Below, in pieces: positions 17,625-28,851 of a stretch of 64,000 nt of DNA. Made by a program: the position numbers and the translations under genes. Source of the DNA: an uncultured Salinibacterium sp. (GTDB taxonomy: Bacteria > Actinomycetota > Actinomycetes > Actinomycetales > Microbacteriaceae); assembly GCA_964425885.1 (NCBI GenBank), contig CAYRON010000003.1:122567-186566 (forward strand), read 5' to 3'. The notes below the pieces were generated by a model, which saw only the letters and a list, made by a program, of their open reading frames with translations, made no database searches and was not told where the DNA came from. The number at the start of each line of letters is the position of its first letter. The stretch's first letter is position 1.

Positions 17625-18383
17625 CTAGCGGACGGGGTTCGAAAGCGTTCCGATGCCCTCGATCGTGACATCCACCACGTCGCCTGCGACGATCGGTCCA
17701 ACACCGGCTGGCGTGCCCGTGAGGATGAGGTCGCCGGGCAAGAGGGTGAACACGGATGACGCGAACGCGATGATCTCCGAGACCGAGTGGATGAGGTCGG
17801 AGACCGGCCCGTCCTGCTTTGTCTCACCGTTGACCGTCGTGACGATGTGCTGATTCAGTACCGCGAACTCCGTCTCGATAACGGGGCCGACCGGGCAGAA
17901 CGTGTCGAAGCCCTTCGCTCGTGACCACTGGCCGTCGCGTTCCTGGAGGTCGCGCGCGGTCACATCGTTGGCGATCGTGAAGCCGAAGATGACGCTGTCC
18001 GCGTCCGCGACCGCGACGTTGCGCGCGATGGCACCGATCACGACGGCGAGCTCGCCCTCGAACGCGACGTTGTCGCTCTGGGACGGCAACACGATCGCAT
18101 CGCCGGGGCCGATCACCGAGGTGTTCGGCTTGAGGAACATGAGCGGCTCCGACGGCACATCGTTGCCGAGCTCGGCGGCGTGTGCGCGATAGTTGCGACC
18201 GATCGCGATCACCTTCGAACGCGGGATGACGGGGGCCAGGAGCTTCACGTCGGCCAGCGGAATGCGCTCATCGAGGGTCTCGAGACCGGCAAACATGGGG
18301 TCTGCCTTGAGCACTACCACGTCGTCTTCGTCGACGATGCCGAACCGGATGTCGCCCTGATGGCTGAAACGTGCGATCTTCAC
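17625..18383 (-). CDS. Fumarylacetoacetate hydrolase family protein
   Basis: [35 protein letters not shown]. Confidence 0.93.
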   Translation of the reverse strand: MKIARFSHQGDIRFGIVDEDDVVVLKADPMFAGLETLDERIPLADVKLLAPVIPRSKVIAIGRNYRAHAAELGNDVPSEPLMFLKPNTSVIGPGDAIVLPSQSDNVAFEGELAVVIGAIARNVAVADADSVIFGFTIANDVTARDLQERDGQWSRAKGFDTFCPVGPVIETEFAVLNQHIVTTVNGETKQDGPVSDLIHSVSEIIAFASSVFTLLPGDLILTGTPAGVGPIVAGDVVDVTIEGIGTLSNPVR

Positions 18384-18518
18384 CCCACAACCCTATTCGA
18401 CCGGTGCATTTCACTCTTCTCCGGAGGGTTGGGCCGCCACGCCGTGGCATCCTGCAACCACAGTGACTTGGTGCCAGAACCTCCGGAAAAGAGTGGATCC
18501 ACTGGCTACGATCGCAGG

Positions 18519-19145
18519 ATGACGCAGCTGTTGTGGGACGCACCGCCCGAGTTCGACGTGACACTCCTGCTCGCCCACGGTGCTGGTGCAGCCATGGACA
18601 GTGCGGGGATGAACGCGATCACCTCCGCGATCGTTGCGCAGGGCATCCGCGTCGCCCGCTTCGAGTTCGCGTACATGGCGGGGCGACGCGAGGGAGTGCG
18701 CAAGCCACCGCCGCGGGGCGACTCTCTGCTGGGCGAGTACCGGGATGCCGTGGCCTCCGCCGCCGCGAAGCCGCTCTTCATCGGAGGCCACTCCCTCGGC
18801 GGCCGAGTCGCGAGCATGGTCGCCCAGGAGTTGTACGACGACGGCGTGATCGCCGGGCTCGTGTGCTTCTCGTATCCGTTCCATCCACCGACCAAACCCG
18901 AGCAACTACGCACCGCGCACCTGCTCGAGCTGACCGTTCCGACGCTCATCGTGCAGGGCACTCGGGACGAGTTCGGCACACCGGACGAGGTTGCGGACTA
19001 CGACCTCTCCCCCGCTATCGAGGTGCACTGGCTGGGCGACGGTGACCACAGCCTGCGCCCGCGCAAGACGATCAGCGGGCGCACGTATGCGCAGAACCTC
19101 GCTGAGGGCGCGGAGGCGGTTATGGCGTTTGTGGGCGCGAAGCGG
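18519..19145 (+). CDS. Alpha/beta hydrolase (Tex30/KANSL3-like); domain ends near 19140 but there is no in-frame stop until 20480
   Basis: AHGAG, GGHSLGGR nucleophile, YPFHPP, QGTRDEFG, GDHSL. Confidence 0.8.
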
Positions 19146-19210
19146 AGCCTGTCCTCGCTCGCGACGAAAGTCGCTGAGTTTGGCGAGAGTCGACGAAATG
19201 ACGCCGACAT

Positions 19211-19240
19211 TTGCCAATCAGCTCGCTTTTTGGGAGAAAA
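19211..19240 (+). repeat. Dispersed intergenic repeat, family A
   Basis: ttgccaatcagctcgctttttgggagaaaa is 25/30 identical to the reverse complement of 42379..42408. Confidence 0.65.
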
Positions 19241-19244
19241 GCGC

Positions 19245-20351
19245 CTACGCGTCGAGGCGCGTCATCCAACCGTGGGGGTCTGGGCGACGTCCGTACTGGA
19301 TGTCGGTGAGCTCCTCGCGCAGCGACATCGTCAGTTCTCCGGCCGGGGCATCCGCATCGCCGACGCTGAAATCGTGTGCCTTCAGCAGGGCGATCGGCGT
19401 GATCACCGCTGCCGTGCCACACGCGAAGACCTCGGTGATGTCGCCGTTTGCGACACCCTCCCGCCACTCCTCGATGCTGACCCGGCGACGCTCCACTGTG
19501 TGGCCGCGGTCCTCAGCGAGCTGCAGCACCGAATCCCGCGTGATGCCCTCGAGGATGCTGTCGGACTCGGGGGTGACGAGGGTGCCGTCCTTCTTCACGA
19601 GCACGACGTTCATGCCGCCGAGCTCCTCGATCCACTTGCCCTCCTGCGAATCGAGGAAGAGCACCTGTGCGCAGCCGTTGTCGTAGGCCTCCTGCTGGGC
19701 CACGAGGCTCGAAGCGTAGTTGCCGCCGGTCTTGGCCGCACCGGTGCCGCCCTTGCCGGCGCGCGCGTAGTCCTGGGAAAGCCAGATGGAGAGGGGCGCG
19801 ACGCCACCCGGGAAGTACGGTCCTGCGGGGCTCGCGATGACGTAGTAGTTGACCTTCTTCGCGGGGCGCACTCCGAGGAACGCCTCCTTCGCGAACATGA
19901 AGGGCCGCAGGTAGAGGCTCGTCTCGGCAGCATCGGGCACCCAGCGCCCGTCGACGGCGATGAGCTGCTTGAGCGACTCGATGAAGTAATCGGTGGGGAG
20001 CTCCGGCATAGCGAGCCGAACGGCCGAGCGCTGCATGCGCGCTGCGTTGGCCTCCGGCCGGAACGACCAGATCGAGCCGTCGGCCCAGCGGTAGGCCTTC
20101 AGGCCCTCGAAGACCTCCTGCGCATAGTGCAGAACGGCTGCGGCCGGGTCAAGCTGGATGGGCCCGTAGGGCTGCACGCGCGGACGGTGCCAGCCACCCC
20201 ATTCCGACCAGCAGATGTCGACCATGTGGTCGGTGAAGTGCTTGCCGAAACCGGGCTCAGCGATGATGTCGGCGTGCTCAGCGGCGGTGCGAGCGTCCTC
20301 GTTTCGCGTGATCGCGAACTCGAGGGTCTTGGGAGCCAGAAGGTTCTTCAT
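19245..20351 (-). CDS. ilvE: Branched-chain amino acid aminotransferase
   Basis: [41 protein letters not shown]. Confidence 0.95.
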   Translation of the reverse strand: MKNLLAPKTLEFAITRNEDARTAAEHADIIAEPGFGKHFTDHMVDICWSEWGGWHRPRVQPYGPIQLDPAAAVLHYAQEVFEGLKAYRWADGSIWSFRPEANAARMQRSAVRLAMPELPTDYFIESLKQLIAVDGRWVPDAAETSLYLRPFMFAKEAFLGVRPAKKVNYYVIASPAGPYFPGGVAPLSIWLSQDYARAGKGGTGAAKTGGNYASSLVAQQEAYDNGCAQVLFLDSQEGKWIEELGGMNVVLVKKDGTLVTPESDSILEGITRDSVLQLAEDRGHTVERRRVSIEEWREGVANGDITEVFACGTAAVITPIALLKAHDFSVGDADAPAGELTMSLREELTDIQYGRRPDPHGWMTRLDA

Positions 20352-20382
20352 GGGTCGTTCCTTAGGAAGAGGTGGTTCTACG

Positions 20383-21423
20383 TTAAGCCCGGACAAGAGC
20401 CGCGATCGCGTCCCCGACCTCCGCGGTGCTTCGCTTGGTTGTGCCGCGGGAGGCGAGATCGGCTTCCACCGCCGCGTTGACCCGAGCCGCGGCATCCGCG
20501 TGGCCCTGCTGGGCCAGCATGAGTGCAACGGACAGGATCGCCGCGGTGGGGTCAGCGAGCTGCTTGCCTGCGATGTCCGGTGCCGAACCGTGCACGGGCT
20601 CGAACATCGAGGGGAAGGCGCCGTCCGGGTTGATGTTTCCCGAGGCAGCCAGTCCGATGCCGCCGCTGATTGCGGCAGCGAGATCGGTGAGGATGTCGCC
20701 AAAGAGGTTATCTGTGACGATGACGTCGAACCTAGCAGGGTTTGTGACCAAGAAGATGGTCGCGGCATCCACGTGGAGGTAATCCCAGTTCACGGACGGA
20801 TGATTGGCCGCCTCCGCCTGCACGAGACGCTGCCACAGGCCACCCGCGTAGGTGAGCACGTTCGTCTTGTGCACGAACGTGAGCTTGCCGCGGCGCTGCT
20901 CGGCCTGCTCGAAGGCGAACTTCACGACGCGCTCGATGCCGAACGCCGTGTTGACGCTGACCTCGTTGGCGATCTCGTGGGGGGTCCCGGTGCGGATGCT
21001 TCCGCCGTTGCCCACGTAGGGCCCCTCTGTGCCCTCGCGCACGACCACGAAGTCGACGTCACCGGGGTCGGACAGCGGGGATGTCACGCTCGGGTAGATG
21101 CGCGTGGGCCGGAGGTTCACGTAGTGGTCGAAAGCGAACCGGAGCTTCAGCAGCAGGCCGCGCTCGATGATGCCGCCCTTGAGGCGTGCGTCCTGCGGGT
21201 CGCCGCCGACGGCGCCGAGGAGGATCGCGTCATGCTGGGCCAGCGCGTCGAGGTCGGCCTGGTCGAGGATGTCACCCGTCGCAAGGAAGTGGGTCGCACC
21301 GAACGGGTACTCGGTGACCGTGGCATCCACCCCCGTAGCGGTGAGGACCTTGACGGCTTCTGCGATGACTTCTGGACCGATTCCGTCGCCGGGAATGACG
21401 GCGAGATTCAACGTGCTGGGCAT
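20383..21423 (-). CDS. leuB: 3-isopropylmalate dehydrogenase
   Basis: [31 protein letters not shown]. Confidence 0.95.
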   Translation of the reverse strand: MPSTLNLAVIPGDGIGPEVIAEAVKVLTATGVDATVTEYPFGATHFLATGDILDQADLDALAQHDAILLGAVGGDPQDARLKGGIIERGLLLKLRFAFDHYVNLRPTRIYPSVTSPLSDPGDVDFVVVREGTEGPYVGNGGSIRTGTPHEIANEVSVNTAFGIERVVKFAFEQAEQRRGKLTFVHKTNVLTYAGGLWQRLVQAEAANHPSVNWDYLHVDAATIFLVTNPARFDVIVTDNLFGDILTDLAAAISGGIGLAASGNINPDGAFPSMFEPVHGSAPDIAGKQLADPTAAILSVALMLAQQGHADAAARVNAAVEADLASRGTTKRSTAEVGDAIAALVRA

Positions 21424-21508
21424 GGCTTCAGGTTATCGGTCTTAGCGCAGCTTCGATTCGCGCACAACCCCTGGGGCGCGGCCGGAAGTCGGGTCTACCG
21501 TGACTGGC

Positions 21509-21769
21509 ATGAGTATTGGAACTGGAATTGTCTTGTTCGTCGTCGGCGCGGTCCTTGCGTTCGCGGTCAATCTCGAAAACTCGTTCATCGACCTCGACAT
21601 GGTGGGCTACCTGCTCATGGGTGCCGGTTTCATCGTCTTCGTGCTCGGGCTCATCTTCATGATGCGCAAGCGCCAGTCGGTCACGACCGTGCAGTCTGGC
21701 GTGGATGCCACTGGAGCTGCCGTCACTGAGCGCCGCACGTCGAGCACCCCGCCGAACGACGTCGTCTGA
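21509..21769 (+). CDS. DUF6458-like small membrane protein
   Basis: MSIGTGIVLFVVGAVLAFAV...VGYLLM.AG. Confidence 0.75.
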   Translation: MSIGTGIVLFVVGAVLAFAVNLENSFIDLDMVGYLLMGAGFIVFVLGLIFMMRKRQSVTTVQSGVDATGAAVTERRTSSTPPNDVV

Positions 21770-21776
21770 GCTTTCG

Positions 21777-21836
21777 CGCTGAGGCTTGTTGGCGGCGCGC
21801 CTGTAGGAACACGCGCGTCCGCCACAAACCTCAGCG
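21777..21836. terminator. Long hairpin between convergent genes
   Basis: cgctgaggcttgttggcggcgcgc pairs with gcgcgtccgccacaaacctcagcg. Confidence 0.55.
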
Positions 21837-21869
21837 AGCGAAGCGTCGCTGAGCGACGTCCACGAGGAG

Positions 21870-23462
21870 TTACTCGCTGACGATGTCGATCTCGCGCAGG
21901 AGACTCGCGTCGATCGCGGTGCGGACCGTCTCGAGCAGGTCCTCGGGAACCGGCGAGTCGACCGTCAGCACCGAGAGAGCCTCGCCGCCCGCACTCTGGC
22001 GAGCGATCTGCATGCCAGCGATGTTGATATTGGCGGCGCCGAACTCCTTGCCGTAGACCGCAACGATGCCCGGGCGGTCGGTGTACATCATCACGATGAG
22101 GTGCTCAGCCATGGGCACCTCGACGTCGTAGCCGTTGATCTCGACGATCTTCTGCGTCTGCTTGGTGCCCGTGAGGGTTCCCGAAACCGAGATCTGCGAG
22201 CCGTCGGACAGGGCGCCGCGGATGCTGAGCAGGTTGCGGTACTCGTCGCTCGAGGCATCCGTCAGCAGGCGAACATCGACGCCGCGCGCCTCCGCGAGTA
22301 GCGGTGCGTTCACATAGCTGACCGACTCGCTCACGATGTTCGAGAAGATGCCCTTGAGCGCCGCGAGCTTGAGCACGTTCACGTCGAACTCGACGATCTC
22401 ACCGCGGACCTCGACGTCGACACTCGTGATGGGCGAATCGGCAAGGCCCGCGAAGACCTGGCCGAGCTTCTCCATGAGCGGGATGCCCGGGCGAACCGTC
22501 TGGTCGATGACTCCACCAGCGACGTTCACCGCGTCGGGCACGAGCTCACCGTCGAGCGCGAGTCGCACCGAGCGGGCAACCGAGACTCCAGCCTTCTCCT
22601 GGGCTTCATCGGTCGACGCTCCGAGGTGCGGTGTGAGCACGACGTTGTCGAGGCCGAGGAGCGGCGAGTCAGTGGGAGGCTCACTCACGAAGACGTCGAG
22701 GCCGGCGCCAGCGATGCGGTTCGACTTGAGGGCTGCATACAGTGCGTCCTCGTCGATGAGCCCGCCTCGCGCCACGTTCACGATGAACGAGGTCGGCTTC
22801 ATGAGAGCGAGCTGCTCCGTGGAGATCATGCCCGTGGTCTCGGGAGTCCTCGGCATGTGGATCGTGATGAAGTCCGACTGGGCGAGGAGTTCCTCGAGCG
22901 TCAGCAGGGTCACGCCGAGCTGCTGCGCCCTGGCCGCGGTGACGTAGGGGTCGTACGCCACGACGTTGACACCGAAAGCCTGCAGGCGTGCGGTGATGAG
23001 GGCGCCGATGCGGCCGAGGCCGATGATGCCGACCGTCTTCTCGAAGAGTTCGACCCCGGTGTACTTGGAGCGCTTCCAGGTGCCGGCGGCAAGGCTGGCG
23101 TGCGCCGCAGGAATGTGACGCGCGAGGCTCAGGATGTGGCCGACCGTGAGCTCGGCGGCAGAGATGATGTTCGACGTCGGCGCGTTGACGACCATGACTC
23201 CAGCCTCGGTCGCAGCCTTGATGTCGACGTTGTCGAGGCCGACACCGGCGCGGGCGACGACCTTGAGGCTCTTCGCTGCGGCGATGGCCTCGGCGTCGAC
23301 CTGCGTCGCGGAGCGGATGAGGATGGCGTGCGCGTCCGCAAGCGCGGCGAGCAGCGCCGGGCGGTCGGTGCCATCCACGTTGCGGATGTCGAAGTCGGGG
23401 CCGAGGGCCTCGACGGTAGCGGGGGAAAGTTCTTCGGCGATCAGCACGATCGGCTTGGCCAC
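21870..23462 (-). CDS. serA: D-3-phosphoglycerate dehydrogenase
   Basis: RAGVGLDNVD, GLGRIG, PHLGAST, C-terminal ACT domain. Confidence 0.97.
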   Translation of the reverse strand: MAKPIVLIAEELSPATVEALGPDFDIRNVDGTDRPALLAALADAHAILIRSATQVDAEAIAAAKSLKVVARAGVGLDNVDIKAATEAGVMVVNAPTSNIISAAELTVGHILSLARHIPAAHASLAAGTWKRSKYTGVELFEKTVGIIGLGRIGALITARLQAFGVNVVAYDPYVTAARAQQLGVTLLTLEELLAQSDFITIHMPRTPETTGMISTEQLALMKPTSFIVNVARGGLIDEDALYAALKSNRIAGAGLDVFVSEPPTDSPLLGLDNVVLTPHLGASTDEAQEKAGVSVARSVRLALDGELVPDAVNVAGGVIDQTVRPGIPLMEKLGQVFAGLADSPITSVDVEVRGEIVEFDVNVLKLAALKGIFSNIVSESVSYVNAPLLAEARGVDVRLLTDASSDEYRNLLSIRGALSDGSQISVSGTLTGTKQTQKIVEINGYDVEVPMAEHLIVMMYTDRPGIVAVYGKEFGAANINIAGMQIARQSAGGEALSVLTVDSPVPEDLLETVRTAIDASLLREIDIVSE

Positions 23463-23611
23463 GGATCGAATCCTTCAGGTAGCTGGGTGCGCATCACGCG
23501 CTGGAACGGCGCGGCTCGACGCACCAGGCGCCGAGCACAACGCGAATGCCACTTTACTGCGCCCGTCGAGGCTCCCAGCGCCACATGACGTTGCCAGTGC
23601 GACGATAGAGG

Positions 23612-23992
23612 ATGCTCGTGACCCTGCAGTTCGTGATCGTGATCGCTCTCGCCGTCGTGTTCGTGGGTATGGGCATCCTGCACTTCGTGCCGTCCGTTGC
23701 CCGAGGGATGTCGGCGATGATTCCGCCCGCCATCAAGCAGCGCGTGAGCGGGAAGGCACTCGTGCGCTTCACGGGCATCTGCGAGATCGCTGGCGGGGTC
23801 GGATTGCTCGTGCCGGCGCTTCGGCCGATCGCAGCCATCGCGCTGATCGTCTTCCTCATCGCCGTGTTTCCGGCGAACGCCTACGCGGCGCGGCACCCCG
23901 AGCGGTTCGGGCGAGCCGCCACACCGTTCTGGCCGCGGCTTTTCGCCCAGCTGGCGCTCATCGCGCTGCTGGTGTTCGTCGCCCTGCCCTAG
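23612..23992 (+). CDS. DoxX-like membrane protein
   Basis: G..HF, TGICEIAGG, AVFPAN. Confidence 0.8.
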   Translation: MLVTLQFVIVIALAVVFVGMGILHFVPSVARGMSAMIPPAIKQRVSGKALVRFTGICEIAGGVGLLVPALRPIAAIALIVFLIAVFPANAYAARHPERFGRAATPFWPRLFAQLALIALLVFVALP

Positions 23993-23998
23993 CGGGCG

Positions 23999-24973
23999 CT
24001 ACGCGCGGCGCTTGCGACGTGTGCCGAGCGCTACCAGAGCACCACCGGCCGCAAGCACTGCTGCTGCAACGAGTCCTGGGGTTGCGAGGGACGCGGCATC
24101 CGCGCCCGTCGCGGCGAGCTGCGGTGCTGCCGGCGGGACCGGCACCGGAGCCGGCACGGGTGCTGGCTCGAGGCCGTCGCGGCTGAAGACGCCGAGGCTC
24201 TGGAGATCGGCCGGCCCCTCGGTGATGCTTCCGGGGATGTAGGTGAAGACGCCGCCGAAGAGCACCTGGACAATGCCGGAGTTCGAGTCATCCTGCGTGA
24301 CCGTGAACTCACCGTCGGTCACGCAGAAGTCGTTCTCGGCGCCGATGAAGAAGTAGCTGGGCTTCGGAGTGCCGGTGATCGAGTACTTCCACTCCTCGCC
24401 GTCGATCGTCTGGCTGAAGGCAGCGTCAATCGGGTTGTACGTCGCGACCCACTGACCGGTGTAGGTGACGGTGTCGAGGCTGCACGCCGCGGTGACGGCT
24501 GCCGGGATGTCCGTTGCGAGGCCGATCGTAGCGATCGGCGCAAACACGGAGGCAGCGTACGTACGCGAGGTCGATGTGCTCTCGAGGGTCTGGGTCGGGT
24601 AGATCGGAGCGACAGCCTCCGGGGAGTCGATTTCTGCGAAGTAGGAGCCGATCGCCGCCATGTCGAGCGAGGACGTCACAGTGATGGCGGGGTCGCCGAT
24701 CTCGCTCAGGTCGACGAAGCCCTCGGGGAACTCCTCCGAAGGGTTGTCCTCGTCGGGAACGATGGTGAACTCAGCCTTGCCGATGCCGTACTGCGGCACG
24801 CAGTCCTGGAACCAGTTGTCGGTGATGTTGCCCGTCGCCGCAATCTGGTCCTGGATGTCGGCGCACGCGCCCTCCGTGGGACCACCCGCAGCGTTCGCGG
24901 GAATCGCCGCTCCCGCTGCAACCGAGCCGAGGCCGAGAACAGAGGCGCCGATGGCAGCCAGAGTCTTCTTCAC
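23999..24973 (-). CDS. Secreted cell-wall-anchored protein (sortase-type LAATG signal)
   Basis: GTG start with signal peptide ending ANA; Pro-rich linker, QLAATG, TM, RRKRRA. Confidence 0.8.
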   Translation of the reverse strand: MKKTLAAIGASVLGLGSVAAGAAIPANAAGGPTEGACADIQDQIAATGNITDNWFQDCVPQYGIGKAEFTIVPDEDNPSEEFPEGFVDLSEIGDPAITVTSSLDMAAIGSYFAEIDSPEAVAPIYPTQTLESTSTSRTYAASVFAPIATIGLATDIPAAVTAACSLDTVTYTGQWVATYNPIDAAFSQTIDGEEWKYSITGTPKPSYFFIGAENDFCVTDGEFTVTQDDSNSGIVQVLFGGVFTYIPGSITEGPADLQSLGVFSRDGLEPAPVPAPVPVPPAAPQLAATGADAASLATPGLVAAAVLAAGGALVALGTRRKRRA

Positions 24974-25031
24974 GTGATGTCCCCCTGGGAAGTCGTACAG
25001 CGTGCGTTGCTGTTGGCACGACAATATCAGG

Positions 25032-25676
25032 ATGAGAACTGCTCGGAATGCCATCTACGTGCGGCGCGGTCGACTTGCCTCCGGGCTGTGGGACGTGGCG
25101 GCGTACGGCGACGATTCAGCGGAGGACGGCAGCATCCGCGAGGGCGGCCCCGAGCCCGAGCACGAGGCTGCGTGGTCGGTGCAAGCGGCACCGGATGCCC
25201 TCGCCAGGGTCACCATCGGCCGGTACCTGCTCCCTGAGCAGCCAGGCCTCTGGTTCGTGTGGGTCGACGAACCGAAGTCGCCGAAGCCCGCCACGAATCT
25301 CGTCGCCTTCGGAGGTGATCGGTTCCCGCCGGGCACGATCGTCTCGCGCTATGCGTTCGCCACCGCCGGTGTCCCCAACGGCGAGCAGGCCGGGGCGGTG
25401 CGCTGGTATCCGAGCGGCGGCCTGGTGCACCAGATCTTCGTTGCACCGGAGTGGCGACGACGGTTCGTCGCATCCACGCTGCTGTACACGGCCGACGCCT
25501 TTCACCAGGCGAACGGTTGGGAGGGCAAGCTCCACGGCGATGGCCGGCGTACCGCGCTCGGCCAGATGTTCATGGCTGGGCTGCGGCATCCGAACCGCGC
25601 CAAGCAGCTCACTGAGGAGATGCCGTCGATGGACCCCGCCGAGAAGGCGGAGGCACTGCGGCGAGCGCGGGAGTAG
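25032..25676 (+). CDS. Hypothetical protein with GNAT-like C-terminal motif
   Basis: VHQIFVAPEWRRRFVASTL resembles acetyl-CoA-binding motif A. Confidence 0.6.
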   Translation: MRTARNAIYVRRGRLASGLWDVAAYGDDSAEDGSIREGGPEPEHEAAWSVQAAPDALARVTIGRYLLPEQPGLWFVWVDEPKSPKPATNLVAFGGDRFPPGTIVSRYAFATAGVPNGEQAGAVRWYPSGGLVHQIFVAPEWRRRFVASTLLYTADAFHQANGWEGKLHGDGRRTALGQMFMAGLRHPNRAKQLTEEMPSMDPAEKAEALRRARE

Positions 25677-25677
25677 C

Positions 25678-28600
25678 TCAGCCCACCAGCACCGCGTCGG
25701 TGTCGACGAGCTTCGGATGCTGCAACTGCAGCCGCGCGGTGAACTCGTCGTCCTCCTCGGTGTACCGGTGCTGCAGTCCCGCGTCGACCACGTTCCAGGG
25801 CCGCGCGTTGGTCGGAGCGTTCACGGATCCGTTCTCCGGCACGAACTGGCGGTAGTCGTACTCCGAGCTGTAGCTCGCGGCAAGCCGGACCGACCGCGTG
25901 TCCACGGCGATCGCACCCCCGTCGATGTCCACCTGGAGCATGCGGAAGAAGCCGGTCGCCCGCTCCCCGCTGTGCGTGCGGAATTCCTGGTAGTCCGCGA
26001 GCAGCTCCGTCACGGTGTGACCTTCGATGCCGCCGGCGTTCTCCGTGACGATCTGCCCGATGCCGTGGAAGTGGCCGGAGAGCACGACCACGACGTTGCG
26101 GTTGGGCGCGATCACGCGCTCCCACAGCTCGCTCGCCCGCGACACCCACCGCGAGTTCGACGACCGCAGCGCTGGTTGCTCGAGCGTCTTCGGGCTCACG
26201 TGCTCGTGGGTGGCGATCACGACGTTGTGGTCGGGATGGCCCGTGACCACCTGCTCGGCGAAGGCGAGGTAATCCTCTCCGTAGGCATACGGGAGGCTGA
26301 GCACCAGGAACTTGGCTCCGGCGGCCTCGAATGTGGAGAAGTTCGCACTGTTGTCGCCCGGCGCGATCGAACCGCCGTACCAGGAGGTGGCCTCGTAACG
26401 CGACGGCGGGAAGTACTCGTTGAAGAGGTCGTTGGTCACGCCGCGCTTGTTGTCGTGGTTGCCGGGCAGCACGCTGTTGGGCACCCCCGCATCGTCCAGG
26501 ATCGACTGCACGCGAGAGGCCCGGTCGAACTCGGTTCGCGCGCGCTGTTCGTTCTGGTCGGGGTCGACCCAGTTCTGCACGAGGTCGCCCGTGTGGGCGG
26601 CGAACGCGATCTTTCGCTCTGCGGCACTGTCGGCGAGCCAGCTCGCCAGCTGCGCGTAGACCTCCGGGTAGCTCTCCGTCAGGTACTGGGTGTCCGTGAT
26701 GTGGGTGAGGGCGAAGTCGTAGTTGTCCGGATCCTCGAGAGTCCCGTCGCGTTCGGTCGTCACGGTCGGCATCACACGCTGGCCGTCCTGGACGAGCAGC
26801 TCCACCCGCCCGTCGATGATGTCGGATGCCACGACCGCCCCCGACAAGAGGCCTGAGCCCCCGGCGTCCAGAAGTCGCCAGTCGCGCCCCGACCACACGC
26901 TCAGTTGCACCTCACCGCCGTCGACGGTGCTGCCCTGCCAGCCGACGAGCGAGCCTGCCTGCAAGGCGGAGGCGTCGAGCACGAGGCGCTGGTAGGGCAG
27001 ACCCCATGCCGCGTCGGCCGTCGGGCCCGGGGCGGTCGGGTCGAGCGCGACCTCTCCCACTCCGACGCGTGAAGTGAGCGGACGGTCGCTCGCGCCGCCC
27101 CACGCTTCGATGACGGCCGCTGGAGCTGTCGGCTGTCTGGCGACGACCGCGCGAGCGCGCAGAGAATCAGGGAGCGCCGCAGCCTCGGACGTGACCACGC
27201 GGGCGGTGGGATCGACCCAGTGGAGCTCATCGAGCGCACCCGGGGTCGCGGGTGCGACCAGAAAGTCATCGGCGTCGGAGCCGGTGAACCTCGCACGCTG
27301 GAACGTCTCGCCGAGCATCCGATCGGGCTGGTAGACGGTCAGCGCGGCCCGCTTGGTACACGGGCTCGGGACGACATTGCTCGAGTCGAGCTCGTTCGTG
27401 GCGTAGACCCCGACGCTGTCGACGCGGTGGCCGGCGGCATCCTCGATCCAGACTCCGGTGCCGAGGAAGTTGAGCGAGTTGGCGTAGGTCGCATCGGCCG
27501 CAGCCGCAGCCTTGGTGCCCTCCCGCGCGGCGAGCCACGTCTCACCGGGGGCGAGTGTCGTGCCGGCAGGAATGGTCGCCTGGAGGTCGAGCGCGCGGGT
27601 GCCGTCGAGCTGGCAGCGGCGGACGGTCCAGCCGGAGATGTCGGCAGCCACATCGCCGTAGTTCGCGAGCTCGATGTAGTTCCGCTGGTCGTGGCCCGTG
27701 GGCATCTCAGCGGGGTCGGTGGCGAGCTCACTGACAGCGACGCCGCGAGGCCCGTAGGAGAAGTCCGCGTAGACGGATGCCTCGTCGCTCGCGTTCTCCG
27801 CGCTCGGCGTGCGCGGCGCAACGATGAAGTCGCTTCCGACGCGTTGGTACGACTCCCCCGCGACGGCATCGAGCACCGCGGGCAGCTTGGCGTCGCCATC
27901 CTGGCAGGCCGAGTCCCCGTGGTGGGAGGCCGCGACCCGGTCGACCATGAGGCCCTCGTCGGTGCGGACCATCACCCCGAACGTGACGTTGGCGAGCTGG
28001 GTACTCAGTGAAGCCTGCGAGTCGCCGGTGAAACCGTGACCTCCGACGACCCAGCGCTCGCCGGGCGCGAGCGTCGTGCCCTTCGCGATGGTGAGTTCGA
28101 GCGTCTCCGGGGTGGCCCGGCCGTAGGCAGTGCAGCGATAGAGCTGCCAGCCGTCGAGCGACTCGGGCTCGGTGCCGGTGTTGAGCAGCTCGATGAACTC
28201 GTCGTCGGGCGCGGCGGGACCGGCGGAGGCGACCTCGCTGATGACGATGCCGGTGCTCGCTCGCGGAAGAGGTTGGGTGCGGTTGGCCTGTGCGATGGTC
28301 GAGGGTGCGACGATGAAGTCCTGCCTCAGGTCGCCCGTGGCCGCGACCCGCTGCCAGCTCTCGGATGCCGCGAAGTCGAGCCGATTCGCGAGGTTGCCAC
28401 CCCGCGTGCACTCGGACTCCGTTGGCCACGGCTCGTTCGGGTAGACGCCGACCGCATCGACGGGACGATCATCCGGGCCCTCGAGGTAGATGCCGAATCC
28501 GGTCGCCGCGTACGGCTCGGTCACGTGGGCGTCGCCCGGCATACCGACCCTCGAGATCGTGAAGATCTGCCCGGGTGCGAGCACGACGCCGGTGAGGTCC

Positions 28601-28851
28601 GCCTCCTGGCGGCCGACGTTGCTGCGGAGGCCCTGCGCGCTGCAGCGGAACACCTGCCAACCCGTCAAATCGACGGGCTCGCTCCCCCAATTGCGCAGTT
28701 CGACGAACCCGTCGGAGTCCGAGGTGATGCCGCCGTTGGCGAGCTCATTGATGAGGATGCTCGGGGTTGCGGTATCTGCCATGGCCGGGACTGCAGCACC
28801 CCCAGCGACGATCGCGAGGGACAGGAACACGGTGACCTGAGTCCGGAACAC
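25678..28851 (-). CDS. Secreted protein with three lamin-tail domains and a calcineurin-like metallophosphoesterase
   Basis: Three repeats of I.E...F(V/I)EL.N.G...D(L/I).GW; TDTQY, TGD, GNHD, THE, GHFH. Confidence 0.85.
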   Translation of the reverse strand: MFRTQVTVFLSLAIVAGGAAVPAMADTATPSILINELANGGITSDSDGFVELRNWGSEPVDLTGWQVFRCSAQGLRSNVGRQEADLTGVVLAPGQIFTISRVGMPGDAHVTEPYAATGFGIYLEGPDDRPVDAVGVYPNEPWPTESECTRGGNLANRLDFAASESWQRVAATGDLRQDFIVAPSTIAQANRTQPLPRASTGIVISEVASAGPAAPDDEFIELLNTGTEPESLDGWQLYRCTAYGRATPETLELTIAKGTTLAPGERWVVGGHGFTGDSQASLSTQLANVTFGVMVRTDEGLMVDRVAASHHGDSACQDGDAKLPAVLDAVAGESYQRVGSDFIVAPRTPSAENASDEASVYADFSYGPRGVAVSELATDPAEMPTGHDQRNYIELANYGDVAADISGWTVRRCQLDGTRALDLQATIPAGTTLAPGETWLAAREGTKAAAAADATYANSLNFLGTGVWIEDAAGHRVDSVGVYATNELDSSNVVPSPCTKRAALTVYQPDRMLGETFQRARFTGSDADDFLVAPATPGALDELHWVDPTARVVTSEAAALPDSLRARAVVARQPTAPAAVIEAWGGASDRPLTSRVGVGEVALDPTAPGPTADAAWGLPYQRLVLDASALQAGSLVGWQGSTVDGGEVQLSVWSGRDWRLLDAGGSGLLSGAVVASDIIDGRVELLVQDGQRVMPTVTTERDGTLEDPDNYDFALTHITDTQYLTESYPEVYAQLASWLADSAAERKIAFAAHTGDLVQNWVDPDQNEQRARTEFDRASRVQSILDDAGVPNSVLPGNHDNKRGVTNDLFNEYFPPSRYEATSWYGGSIAPGDNSANFSTFEAAGAKFLVLSLPYAYGEDYLAFAEQVVTGHPDHNVVIATHEHVSPKTLEQPALRSSNSRWVSRASELWERVIAPNRNVVVVLSGHFHGIGQIVTENAGGIEGHTVTELLADYQEFRTHSGERATGFFRMLQVDIDGGAIAVDTRSVRLAASYSSEYDYRQFVPENGSVNAPTNARPWNVVDAGLQHRYTEEDDEFTARLQLQHPKLVDTDAVLVG

